Shown: one piece after another, positions 23,801 to 32,383 of the stretch | How the letters are laid out: each line of letters begins with the position of its first letter | Numbering within the stretch: the stretch's first letter is position 1 | Source of the DNA: an uncultured Clostridia bacterium | GTDB taxonomy: Bacteria; Bacillota; Clostridia; Christensenellales; CAG-917 | Length of the DNA: 59,344 nucleotides | Direction: 5' to 3' | NCBI GenBank assembly: GCA_963532875.1 | Contig: CAUSLO010000003.1 | Location: 1-59,344, forward strand | Notes under the pieces: model-generated | Database searches by the model: none | What the model saw: the letters and a program-made list of their open reading frames with translations, nothing else | Told to the model about the DNA's origin: nothing | Translations under genes and position numbers: made by a program

Positions 23801-24131
23801 AAAGAGCATTGCTTTGGGTAGTGGAATTACAGAATTAGAAGAAAAGGCGTTTTCAGAACTCAAATCACTAGAGGAAATTAAACTTGGAGATGCAGTTACA
23901 GAGATACATGCTACGGCATTTGATAAACTCGCATCTTTGAAAAAAGTACAAGTAGAGACACAGGTTCAACTAAATAGGATTGCCGAAATACCTATGATGA
24001 ACGCAGATCAGTCGCTAAAGAAGGCAACTATTGTAGCAAAGAGCACACTAGATTTTAATGATGTAGGAATGTCCTACAACAAGAAAGAAGATAAGGGAGA
24101 CTATACAGAACTTAGTGAATATGCATTCTAA
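20802..24131 (+). CDS. Surface lipoprotein with two Listeria-Bacteroides repeats and a long BspA-type leucine-rich-repeat region
   Basis: Signal peptide ending 'LLFTAC'. Repeats 'KGYIFKGWYVDQQYKKPF...LTVYAKW' and 'GYEFLGWYTENH'. About 800 aa then carry the reiterated '..I..IG..AF..C..L..V.LP..V..I' LRR_5-like unit. SD GCGAGG upstream. Confidence 0.8.
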   Translation: MKKYNRIISITFIFVMTALLFTACVKKSVISGKWYAVDSDKFYRLEIDKNNKFQFSIDENKMEGKYKIKSKTIKFSLSNKSFDGTVKDNNINISYEGKKLVFSKVKQVNVFFHTKGGNAIQTKKVEVGTKLNITEKPSRKGYIFKGWYVDQQYKKPFDPAKRILSDLTVYAKWSKVVNPGTSEEGSEETSTNTITYVADEFATTTARTQSVKDGEGYKLEVPTMTGGYEFLGWYTENHQTQLTDNKGVSLNAWDPQSGDINAVPHYKSTLNLKYEKISDGKYRVYQDDMFSSNEVEIPKYYDGGIISAIGRFSNAPNLEKITIGEAVEEIEENPAGDSNVFKEYRVSEENKKYTSKDGVLYSKDLLTLYSYPIAKEGETYVVSASTTKIANRAFKDRFIGEQIKAETVGKHLNKVEMTQNISEIGEEAFANRVGLTNVSFTSVASPAEMKIGARAFTFTNLEEYPIPSNTVSIGTGAFESDLKMSNVVNAKQKELILPEGLKEIGEKAFLYNIELEKVTLSKTVEHIGAYAFSSCKQMTNFDSNANEQIDKIPAGMLSKNIDLTDFSFPKNIMEIGDEAFSATQIEELALPESVTKIGDSAFARMKSLTKVNIPDAVTELGRGVFEGTERLEFAGILVGNSSQVLLKENGALYNRDKTELIKFDNASTVTEFTMPDTITSIDKGAFKGNTKLKKIILSKNLKRISENAFHSSTIEEIKIPASVEEIGPKAFYNTKQLKKLEFEDGCGIKALPTGVFDTSSIEELTLPEGLEYAVEKDIFRNMAKLKILNIPSSLRDIEIGAMLTRTKIQTINVNPNNEHLMVEDGILYTKDKKTLIYATQSFNKSTLDISGVVEIRKYAFYSNLKLKEVTGTSSLQSIREGAFQKSKIETIDLSSVLEIEKSAFKQSGIKDANLENIETLGEQVFSRCANLVTVRLSNKINNIGRATFEHTKIKDLVIPDSIERIGEQAFDGAGVETLVVGNGIKSTKVISDAFKTCATLKSIALGSGITELEEKAFSELKSLEEIKLGDAVTEIHATAFDKLASLKKVQVETQVQLNRIAEIPMMNADQSLKKATIVAKSTLDFNDVGMSYNKKEDKGDYTELSEYAF

Positions 24132-24978
24132 AGTTATTAAAAAGTTTGCAACAGCATTACTAATTTCGTGTTTATGTTTATGGTTAGTAGGATGTGGAAA
24201 GCATCCTATTAACCTATATAAATATAAGTTAAATGTTCAAACTTTAGACTTAAATCTAAATGAAGAATCACGATTAGAGATGCTTGAAAATGATATTGTA
24301 CTTGCTCAAGATGTTGAATGGAATTCTAACAATACCAATGTGATTGAAGTCGAAAATGGGCTGATTAGAGCCGTAGGGGTAGGCACTTCATTGGTAACTG
24401 CTACATATAGGGGGAATGTTGTGGGGATTAATGTCAATGTTAAAGATAAGAAGATAGGGCTCTCACAAAAGAAAATTACGATGATAAGTGGCGAAACTTC
24501 AAGTCTAGAATTTATTGACGAAGATATTATAGATTCGTCTGAAATACAATGGAGCACTGGCGATAATGATGTGGCGACTGTAAATAATGGAACGATTAAT
24601 GCACATAAAGTGGGGAGAACGGTTGTAGTCGCTAGGTATAAAGATACGGATTATCTTTGTGAGGTTACAGTTTTAGACAAGTTTGAACTTGCAGGAACAT
24701 TTAGAAGTGAAGTGTATATTTCGCAAATGTCGCAAACTTTTATTTTTGAAATGATAATACAGAAAGATGGGTCGTATGTGTACAAACGTTTAGCAAACCC
24801 ATCATTCCCAGAGGAAGAAATTAATAAAGGTAAAGCGAGAAGAGAAAAAGAATTCGTTATTTTTGAAAACAACAAATCAGAAATGAAATTTACAATATCC
24901 GATAAAGACACGTTAGTGTCAGTAGGAAGTATTCCTACGAATAGGATAGATATCCCAATGACGTTTAAGAGAAAATGA
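24115..24978 (+). CDS. Lipoprotein with two Big_2 (bacterial Ig-like) domains
   Basis: Lipobox 'LWLVGCG'. 'VEWNSNNTNVIEVENGLIRAVGVGTSLVTATY' and 'IQWSTGDNDVATVNNGTINAHKVGRTVVVARY' match the Big_2 pattern. It overlaps the upstream gene by 17 nt. Confidence 0.7.
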   Translation: MNMHSKVIKKFATALLISCLCLWLVGCGKHPINLYKYKLNVQTLDLNLNEESRLEMLENDIVLAQDVEWNSNNTNVIEVENGLIRAVGVGTSLVTATYRGNVVGINVNVKDKKIGLSQKKITMISGETSSLEFIDEDIIDSSEIQWSTGDNDVATVNNGTINAHKVGRTVVVARYKDTDYLCEVTVLDKFELAGTFRSEVYISQMSQTFIFEMIIQKDGSYVYKRLANPSFPEEEINKGKARREKEFVIFENNKSEMKFTISDKDTLVSVGSIPTNRIDIPMTFKRK

Positions 24979-25976
24979 AGAAGACGAAGATCACAGAATT
25001 TAAAAAATATGAAAAACGAATCTATATTGAGCATGCTTTTCAAGCATTATTTTTCAATGCGATTATCGCAGCATTATTAATGATATTAGTTTCGTTAGTA
25101 GTTTACTTTGTAGACTCTAAACTATTTTATTTGCCAATAGTTATCTTTTTTGCAACATTAACAATTGGAACGACTATAACGATGATTGTAAGGAGACTAT
25201 CAAATCAAGAAATAGCACGCAGAATAGATGCTATCGGGTTGAATCAACAAGCAACTACAATGTTGGAATTTATCAATGACAATTCAGATATTGCCAAAAT
25301 GCAAAGAGAGCGAGTGAAGAAACTTCTCTTAGAAAGAAGCCATAAGGAAATAAAAATCACTCTCAACAGAAAGTATTGGATAACGGCAATAGTATTAAGC
25401 GTTATTGCAGTCATTTCAGTTTCACTTGTTGGCGTATCAAAATTCAACGGAATTCCTCAATATCACGACATACAAAAAAGAAGAATGACAAAAGTAGTTG
25501 AGCGGAAAGTAATCTATGAAGCAGAGGACGGCGGAAGAATACTTGGGAAGTTGGAACAAGAGATCAAAGATATAGGCAAACCAGTATATGCTATCCCAAA
25601 CAAAGGATATTTTTTTATCGGCTGGTCTGATGGAGAAACGAATCCTTATAGGGTAGATAATTCTGTAAAAGGAACGATTAAATTAAAAGCAATGTTTCGC
25701 AAGTTCAAAGTTGACGAGACAGATATAGAAGTGCGAGACAAAAAGATTCCACAACCCGAATATGAAGAACAAAATTTTGAAGGAGATAAGCCATCTCATA
25801 TTGGCGGAGGCTCTGGTAAATATGAAGAGATAAATCAAATCATTGATGGAAAAACATATTATCGTGATGTGTTAGCAAAATACAGCAAACAAGAACTGAG
25901 AGCGTTGGCAAATGATAAAAGTTTGCCAGTCGAAATACGCAAATTAATAGAGGAGTATTTCAAAATCATAAAATAG
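24975..25976 (+). CDS. Three-TM membrane protein with an extracytoplasmic Listeria-Bacteroides repeat
   Basis: TMs at 'FFNAIIAALLMILVSLVVYFV', 'LPIVIFFATLTIGTTITMIV' and 'WITAIVLSVIAVISVSLVGV', then 'KGYFFIGWSDGETNPYR...IKLKAMF'. ATGA overlap upstream. Confidence 0.65.
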   Translation: MKKTKITEFKKYEKRIYIEHAFQALFFNAIIAALLMILVSLVVYFVDSKLFYLPIVIFFATLTIGTTITMIVRRLSNQEIARRIDAIGLNQQATTMLEFINDNSDIAKMQRERVKKLLLERSHKEIKITLNRKYWITAIVLSVIAVISVSLVGVSKFNGIPQYHDIQKRRMTKVVERKVIYEAEDGGRILGKLEQEIKDIGKPVYAIPNKGYFFIGWSDGETNPYRVDNSVKGTIKLKAMFRKFKVDETDIEVRDKKIPQPEYEEQNFEGDKPSHIGGGSGKYEEINQIIDGKTYYRDVLAKYSKQELRALANDKSLPVEIRKLIEEYFKIIK

Positions 25977-25987
25977 GAGAATATATA

Positions 25988-26971
25988 ATGACAGAAAAAG
26001 AAGTAGAAAAGTTTAGTGAACTAGTTAAAAAAATTCTAGAAGAAATTAAGAAGGATGTTATTGGACAAGAGGAAACAGTTAGGAATTGTATTATCAGTAT
26101 GATTGCTGGAGGCAATGTTCTTCTAGAAGGAATTCCAGGAGTAGGCAAGACAAGATTGGTCAGAACATTAGGAAGGGTATTCGCCTTACCATTTTCAAGA
26201 ATACAATTTACACCAGATTTGATGCCTGCAGACGTTACAGGGACAAATATGTTAATCAAAGAAAAAGATGGGAATTCAAAATTTAAATTCCAAGAAGGAC
26301 CTGTATTCTCAAATATTGTTTTGGCAGATGAAATAAATAGAGCAACACCTAAGACGCAATCTGCGTTACTGGAGGCAATGCAAGAGCATACGGTTACAGT
26401 TATGGGAGAATCAAAAAAACTCCCAGAACCATTTTTTGTCCTAGCGACTCAAAACCCTTTAGAACAAGATGGGACATATCCGTTACCAGAAGCACAGATG
26501 GATAGATTTATGTTCAAAATAATTGTCGAGAACCCTAACCTTACAGAATTAAAAGCAATTGTAAAGTTAACTCAAAAAACTATGGAAGAAGTATCTGAAA
26601 ATGTTTGTAACAAAGAGCAATTGCTAGAAATGCGAAAGATAGCAAACCAGATTCTTGTTGGCGACGATGTGCTTGAATATGGATTGAGATTATGTTTATG
26701 TACGCATCCTAATACTGAGTGTTCATTACCTTCAAGTAAAAAATATATACAAGTTGGGGCATCGCCACGTGCCTCACAAGCATTAATCAGTGCAGCAAAA
26801 GTTTTGGCTTTGCTAAGCGGAAGACTAAATGTTTCATATGAAGACATTAATAATTTAATCGTTCCAATTTTAAGGCATAGGATTAAATTAAATTTTGAGG
26901 CAGTTGCCGATGGCATAAGTGCAGACGAAGTAATCAAAATGCTGGTTGAGGAAATTAAGAAGAAGAAATGA
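25988..26971 (+). CDS. MoxR-family AAA+ ATPase (AAA_3)
   Basis: Walker A 'EGIPGVGKTRL', 'RIQFTPDLMPADVTG', Walker B 'LADEINRATPKTQSALLEAMQE', 'VLATQNPLEQDGTYPLPEAQMDRF'. 327 aa. Confidence 0.9.
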   Translation: MTEKEVEKFSELVKKILEEIKKDVIGQEETVRNCIISMIAGGNVLLEGIPGVGKTRLVRTLGRVFALPFSRIQFTPDLMPADVTGTNMLIKEKDGNSKFKFQEGPVFSNIVLADEINRATPKTQSALLEAMQEHTVTVMGESKKLPEPFFVLATQNPLEQDGTYPLPEAQMDRFMFKIIVENPNLTELKAIVKLTQKTMEEVSENVCNKEQLLEMRKIANQILVGDDVLEYGLRLCLCTHPNTECSLPSSKKYIQVGASPRASQALISAAKVLALLSGRLNVSYEDINNLIVPILRHRIKLNFEAVADGISADEVIKMLVEEIKKKK

Positions 26972-27861
26972 ATAAATTTATAAATTCAGCATTCTTCAAT
27001 AAACTAGAAACGCAAGCCATATTGCTCAAGAAGGAACTTGCTGGATTTTTTGGTGGAAAGAACTTAACGAAGAAATATGGACAAACCGTCGAGTTTGCAG
27101 ATTTCAGAGAATATCAATTGGGAGACGATATACGCCGAATAGATTGGAATCTATATTCAAGATTTGAGAAATATTTAATTAAACAATACATAGATGAAAG
27201 GCAGATGAATGTAGACGTATATTTGGATTGCTCAACATCAATGCATAAGTGCGACAAAGCAAAAAGCGACTTTTGTTTAGGCATAGTTGCTGGACTTGGT
27301 TTCCTTGCGATTAAAAATACAGACAGATTTTCAGTAAAACTGATTAAAGGGAAACGAGTCGAAACATTGTTCCCATATTGCGTAGGTAAAACTAATTTTT
27401 TTCTTAATATTGCAAAACTTGATGATGTTAGATTTGAAGAAGAATCATCAATGTCAAATGCGATCCTACAAACAGACCAAAAGGTTAGTGATGGCTTGGC
27501 AATAGTAATATCAGATTTTCTAACAGATGACGACTGGAAGAAAGGTATTAATTATCTATTGCATAAGAAGAAACAAGTATTATTAGTTCAAGTACTTTCA
27601 AAAGAAGAAGTTTCACCATCATATCTAGGCAGATACAACCTTGTTGATTGTGAAAGTCAAGGAGCGGATGATAGTAAAAATTTCAAACTAAATATTGAGC
27701 ACTCAAACTTAAAGGCATATGACAAGGCGTTAGAAACTATTAAGTCAAATATTAAACAATATGCGAGCAGCAGAGGTGTGGGTTATATTTTAATGTATAG
27801 TAGCGAGAATCTAGAAAAACAATTAATTACGTTAATGTTAAGAGGTGGGCTACTTAAATGA
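26968..27861 (+). CDS. DUF58 protein (VWA-like MoxR partner)
   Basis: 'EFADFREYQLGDDIRRIDWNLYSR' is the DUF58 hallmark, followed by 'YLDCSTSM' (DxSxS-like). ATGA overlap with the MoxR gene. Confidence 0.85.
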   Translation: MNKFINSAFFNKLETQAILLKKELAGFFGGKNLTKKYGQTVEFADFREYQLGDDIRRIDWNLYSRFEKYLIKQYIDERQMNVDVYLDCSTSMHKCDKAKSDFCLGIVAGLGFLAIKNTDRFSVKLIKGKRVETLFPYCVGKTNFFLNIAKLDDVRFEEESSMSNAILQTDQKVSDGLAIVISDFLTDDDWKKGINYLLHKKKQVLLVQVLSKEEVSPSYLGRYNLVDCESQGADDSKNFKLNIEHSNLKAYDKALETIKSNIKQYASSRGVGYILMYSSENLEKQLITLMLRGGLLK

Positions 27862-29711
27862 AATTTATAAACCCTATATACCTAATACTATTTATAAGTT
27901 TAATACCGTTATTTCTAATATATTTTTTAAAGCCAACCTTTAAGAATAAGGAAGTATCTTCAACATATATTTGGAAAGAATCACTTAAGTATGGAAAGAC
28001 AAAGAAGGGAGTTCAACTAAATAATCTAATAGTGTTAATAATACAAATTTTAATTATTGTAACTATAACTATGATGGCAGCAACTCCAAAAATGTTCTCA
28101 AAATTAGAAATTCAAAAAGAAAGAGTCATGATTGTTGACAACAACGCATATATGATGGCTAAAGTAGACGATGAAACAAGGTTTGAAAGAGCAATAAGTG
28201 AAGTAAAAAGTCGTGCACAATCAGCAATTGATAATAAATATAAAGTTACTGTAGCAGTATTAAACGGACGGAATAGAATACCTATTTCAATGGAAAGCGA
28301 CATTAATAAAATCAATCAAAAGTTGGATGAATTAAACTGTACATTTGAAAATACATCACCGAGCGAAGGAATATTTGAAATAAAACAAAAGTTCAATAAA
28401 ACAACGAAAAAGGAAGTATTTTATTTCAGTTCTGGAGAACATCAAAACTTAGGGGATATTAATTATGTTGATGTGAGTAGAGAAGAAGAATTTAATATCA
28501 GCATTTTAAATTTTAGAAGGAAATTAGTTAATAACTATTGGCGGTTTGAAATTGATTTATTGTCATCAGGAACAAGTAAACAAGTTCAGTTAAATCTCAA
28601 AGTGATAGGAGCAAATTCTGAAAAGAAACAGATTAGCCGAAATGTGCAAACATCATTAGTAGAAGGCGAACAGACAACTGTAACGGTTGATGACTTAGGA
28701 GTTTATGAATTTGATGAGGTATCGGTTGATATAAAAACTATAGATGGGTCAAAGGACGCTATTGATTTTGACAATAGGGCTGTGATTTCGCATGGTCGAC
28801 CAGATTCTATAAAAGTACAATATTATAGCTCTAAACCAAACAATTTCATGCAAGCGTCGCTGAGGACACTCAGAAATATGTATTCAAATACTTTTGATAT
28901 ACAAATAAGTGAACCATCACAAATAGGCGATGTAAAGACCAGCGGTTTTGATTATTACATCTTTGAACATTATGTCCCTAGTGAATTGCCTAATGACGGC
29001 AAATGTTTCCTCTTGAACCCCAATGAGATTACAGCAAGGAATGCGTCTTTACTTGGTGTTAAATTAGGTGCGGAACGATTAGGAAAATATTCAATAGATT
29101 CCGGGGATGTGCATGCAATAACAGACAAATTAAATTTTTCAAAAATATCAATTAGTAAATATAGAGTTTTGACGACAACAGATGGAGTAATACCGTTAGC
29201 ATATTCTAACAACGAATGTGTTATGGCATTAAGTAAAAATAAAAATGCAGTAATTGCAACAATTAATTTGCATAATTCAGATTTGGCAGTTCTAATGGAA
29301 TTTCCATTATTGATGAATAATATTTTTAAGTTTTTTATTCCACGTACGATAGATGGTGACAAGGAATATTTTGTTGGCGATAAAATCAAACTGAATTCTA
29401 GGTATAAAGAACTAGAAGTTGAGCATAACGGAATAAAACAGAAAATAACAAGTGGTGAAGAATTAACTTTTGAAAATCCAGGGATGTATACGATTACAGA
29501 AAAAGATGGGACTGCAGGAAATGTATATAAGATAATTCCTAAACTCAGTAGTGAGAGTCTTGAGATGAAAAGGTCAGTAGTTTTGCAAAGCGGAGTGGGG
29601 AAAGTAGAAGAACCTAAGAAACAAGAGAACGACATATTTATAATTCTTGCTAGTGTGATAGTAGGACTCATATTCATAGAACGGATTTTGACGATAAGGA
29701 AGAGGGGCTGA
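27858..29711 (+). CDS. BatA-N-type (N-terminal double-TM) membrane protein with a large extracytoplasmic domain and C-terminal TM anchor
   Basis: 'MKFINPIYLILFISLIPLFLIYFLK' plus a second TM ('LIVLIIQILIIVTITMMAA'). About 500 aa are non-membrane. C-terminal TM is 'IFIILASVIVGLIFIERIL'. ATGA overlap upstream. Confidence 0.7.
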   Translation: MKFINPIYLILFISLIPLFLIYFLKPTFKNKEVSSTYIWKESLKYGKTKKGVQLNNLIVLIIQILIIVTITMMAATPKMFSKLEIQKERVMIVDNNAYMMAKVDDETRFERAISEVKSRAQSAIDNKYKVTVAVLNGRNRIPISMESDINKINQKLDELNCTFENTSPSEGIFEIKQKFNKTTKKEVFYFSSGEHQNLGDINYVDVSREEEFNISILNFRRKLVNNYWRFEIDLLSSGTSKQVQLNLKVIGANSEKKQISRNVQTSLVEGEQTTVTVDDLGVYEFDEVSVDIKTIDGSKDAIDFDNRAVISHGRPDSIKVQYYSSKPNNFMQASLRTLRNMYSNTFDIQISEPSQIGDVKTSGFDYYIFEHYVPSELPNDGKCFLLNPNEITARNASLLGVKLGAERLGKYSIDSGDVHAITDKLNFSKISISKYRVLTTTDGVIPLAYSNNECVMALSKNKNAVIATINLHNSDLAVLMEFPLLMNNIFKFFIPRTIDGDKEYFVGDKIKLNSRYKELEVEHNGIKQKITSGEELTFENPGMYTITEKDGTAGNVYKIIPKLSSESLEMKRSVVLQSGVGKVEEPKKQENDIFIILASVIVGLIFIERILTIRKRG

Positions 29712-32383
29712 TGACAAAAGTTATATTTAAAAATCCATGGTTTCTATTTGTAATCATTCCTCTTATTGCTATTTCGTTACTTGCATTTTTCTTAGTTAAT
29801 CGGCGCTTTAGATATAAACGTGAAAAAGTCGCCACATTAGTGTTGGGATTAATCATAGCCGTTAATGCGTCTCTTTTATTAGCAGGCATGACTGTTAAAA
29901 AGGTGGAAAAGAATACAAATAATGAAGTGCTTTTTTTGGTTGATGCATCGGCAAGCATGAAACACAAGAAAGAAGAAGTAAAACAGAGAATAAAAAACAT
30001 AATGGAAAACACTTCAAGCAAAGTGAAGTTTGGACTTTCCGTGTTTGGTAGCGATTATCGGAATTTATCGAAAATTGCTTCAGATAGAGACGGTATATTA
30101 AATGCTCTAGATGGTGATTATGGATTAAATGATAATACGACTAACATAGAAAAGGCATTTCAAGAAAGCGTGAAAGAGTTTAAAAACTTAACGACTAGCA
30201 AAGTCGTAATGTTGACGGACGGATTAGAGACAGATGGATCAATGTACTCAGTTATGTCTAGTTATCTAGCAAAGGGAATGAAATTGGATGTTTCAATAAT
30301 TAACACCAACTATTTTGGAAACGAAACAGCAATTACTGGAGTAATAGAACCGAGCAACTTGGTGAAGATAAATGAAGTTAATAGATATCAAGTAAAAGTA
30401 AAGGCAAGGTCAAAAGGTATTGCCACATTAAAAGTTTATGACAACGATATACTAAAGTATAAGAAAAACGTGGTATCGGTACTTGGTGAGAATTTATATG
30501 ATGTTGATTTAACATTTACCAACAAGGGGTTGCATCGTATACGTTGTGAACTAGAAACAACGGAGGATAATGTTGAACAGAATAACACATATTTTGTATG
30601 CACGAATATTCAAGACGTAAACAAATTATTAATTGTTAATAGAAATGATGACAATAAAGAACTCAACTCAATATTTGCTGGATACGCTGATGTTAAGACA
30701 TTGCAGATTAAAAATTTACCAAATGATATCGACTCACTTAGAGAATTTGATCAGATTATTTTAAACAATATTGCGAACTCGGATATGCCTAGCGACTTAA
30801 CAAAGAATATAGCAACGTATGTAAGGAAGTATGGGGGAGGTCTTTTGACACTAGGCGGAACAAAACAAGTAGGAGGCACAGATTCCCCTCATACATATGT
30901 TAAGCAAGACATGCAAGGTAGTTTGTATCAATCTTTGTTGCCAGTGGAATGCGAAGAATATAAACCGCCAATTGCAGTAACAATCGTAATTGATATATCT
31001 GGTAGCATGTTAAATCAGGATCCTAATACAGGAAGAAAATTAATTGATATAGCAAAAGAGCAAGCAATAGCAGCGATTAAAGCATTAGACGAAAGAGACT
31101 ATGTTGGAGTTGTAACATTTGGATCAAAATCAACAGTAGTTATAGATCCAACGCCATTAACAAAACGTCAGAGAGTTATAGACGCAGTACAAGGAATAGA
31201 GGGGAAATTAGAAAGTTCAATTTATTCTAATGGTGTTGAAAGAGCAGGGTTGACACTAAGAAGCGTAACTCACGTAAGTAAAAAACACATTTTATTTATT
31301 AGCGATGGGGCACCAGGGAGTGGAGATACGACATATATTGCTAAGACAGCAGATAATAAAGCAAATGGAATTTCTACGTCTACAATTGGGTTTGGTAGCA
31401 ATGTACCACCGCTCAGAAATATGGCAATAGCAGGTGGTGGTAAATATTACTACAGCAGAAAACCTGGGGAACTGTCATTGAAAATTAAAGAAGACTTGCA
31501 AAGCGAATTTATCAGAGAATATGATGCAACGAAAAGTTTTAAGCCAGAGACGCCATCAGTACATGAAGTTACAAAAGATGTGAACGAGTCTGACTTACCA
31601 GAGATGAACAACTTCTTTGGAACGAGGTTAAAATCAGAAGCAACATCTATTCTATCGGGAGAATATGGGCAACCGATATTGGCGACACATCAAGTTGGTA
31701 AGGGAAAGGTAACTTCGCTTTTAACAAGTTTTGCTAAACTTGAAGGGACCGATTGGTTGAACTCAGAAGTAGGGAAAAACCTTTTTAAAAGTTTAATTGC
31801 TTATGGATTCCCTAATAAAACGATTAAGAAAAACAATGTTGATGTAACTATAAAACAAGACAATTACACATTAGGGGTTAATGTTTTTTCAAAGGTGAAA
31901 GAAGGAACAGTTGAATATAAGGTATATAGATTTAAAAATAGCGAATGGGAAGAATTTGAAACTCTTACAAGCGATTTTATAGGCACTGAGAAGTTCATTA
32001 CTAATATATTAGAGAAAGGAATATATAAAATTGATGTAAGCGTTACTAATGCAAATGGCAAAACTGAAAAGTCAACTGTCTATCAAGCAATATCATATTC
32101 AAACGAGTACGCATTTAGAGACAATCCAGAAGAAGAGGAAAACGTTAAAAAGATATCAGAATTTGAAAATTCAGTGTTGAAAGAAGGCGGAAGAGTTCTT
32201 GATGAAAAAATGAATATTTCAGACAATTTGCAACTAAATACTGTGAAGTATATAGACCTTAGGGCTGTTTTAGGTATTATTCTTGTAATTTTATTTTTAA
32301 TTGACCTAACTTTACGTAAATTCAAGTGGAAACTGATATCTGAAATAATAAGGGAGAAAAAGGATGCAAAGAGTAAGAATTAA
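29711..32383 (+). CDS. Membrane protein with BatA-N-like double TM, two VWA domains, a GATase1-like (DUF1355-like) insert and a C-terminal TM
   Basis: 'FKNPWFLFVIIPLIAISLLAFFL'. MIDAS 1 'LVDASASM' (GAT at 29942); MIDAS 2 'VIDISGSM'. Between them lies 'LLIVNRN...FDQIILNNIA...YVRKYGGGLLTLGG'. C-terminal TM is 'VLGIILVILFLIDLTL'. TGATG overlap upstream. Confidence 0.8.
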   Translation: MTKVIFKNPWFLFVIIPLIAISLLAFFLVNRRFRYKREKVATLVLGLIIAVNASLLLAGMTVKKVEKNTNNEVLFLVDASASMKHKKEEVKQRIKNIMENTSSKVKFGLSVFGSDYRNLSKIASDRDGILNALDGDYGLNDNTTNIEKAFQESVKEFKNLTTSKVVMLTDGLETDGSMYSVMSSYLAKGMKLDVSIINTNYFGNETAITGVIEPSNLVKINEVNRYQVKVKARSKGIATLKVYDNDILKYKKNVVSVLGENLYDVDLTFTNKGLHRIRCELETTEDNVEQNNTYFVCTNIQDVNKLLIVNRNDDNKELNSIFAGYADVKTLQIKNLPNDIDSLREFDQIILNNIANSDMPSDLTKNIATYVRKYGGGLLTLGGTKQVGGTDSPHTYVKQDMQGSLYQSLLPVECEEYKPPIAVTIVIDISGSMLNQDPNTGRKLIDIAKEQAIAAIKALDERDYVGVVTFGSKSTVVIDPTPLTKRQRVIDAVQGIEGKLESSIYSNGVERAGLTLRSVTHVSKKHILFISDGAPGSGDTTYIAKTADNKANGISTSTIGFGSNVPPLRNMAIAGGGKYYYSRKPGELSLKIKEDLQSEFIREYDATKSFKPETPSVHEVTKDVNESDLPEMNNFFGTRLKSEATSILSGEYGQPILATHQVGKGKVTSLLTSFAKLEGTDWLNSEVGKNLFKSLIAYGFPNKTIKKNNVDVTIKQDNYTLGVNVFSKVKEGTVEYKVYRFKNSEWEEFETLTSDFIGTEKFITNILEKGIYKIDVSVTNANGKTEKSTVYQAISYSNEYAFRDNPEEEENVKKISEFENSVLKEGGRVLDEKMNISDNLQLNTVKYIDLRAVLGIILVILFLIDLTLRKFKWKLISEIIREKKDAKSKN

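Noticed and set aside
21700-24100. Periodic sequence in the LRR genes (also 32750-34700) considered as a tandem DNA repeat or CRISPR-like array.
   Set aside because: The periodicity is at protein level (~23-25-aa LRR_5 units) with diverged DNA. There are no identical direct repeats or spacers, and the reading frames are continuous.
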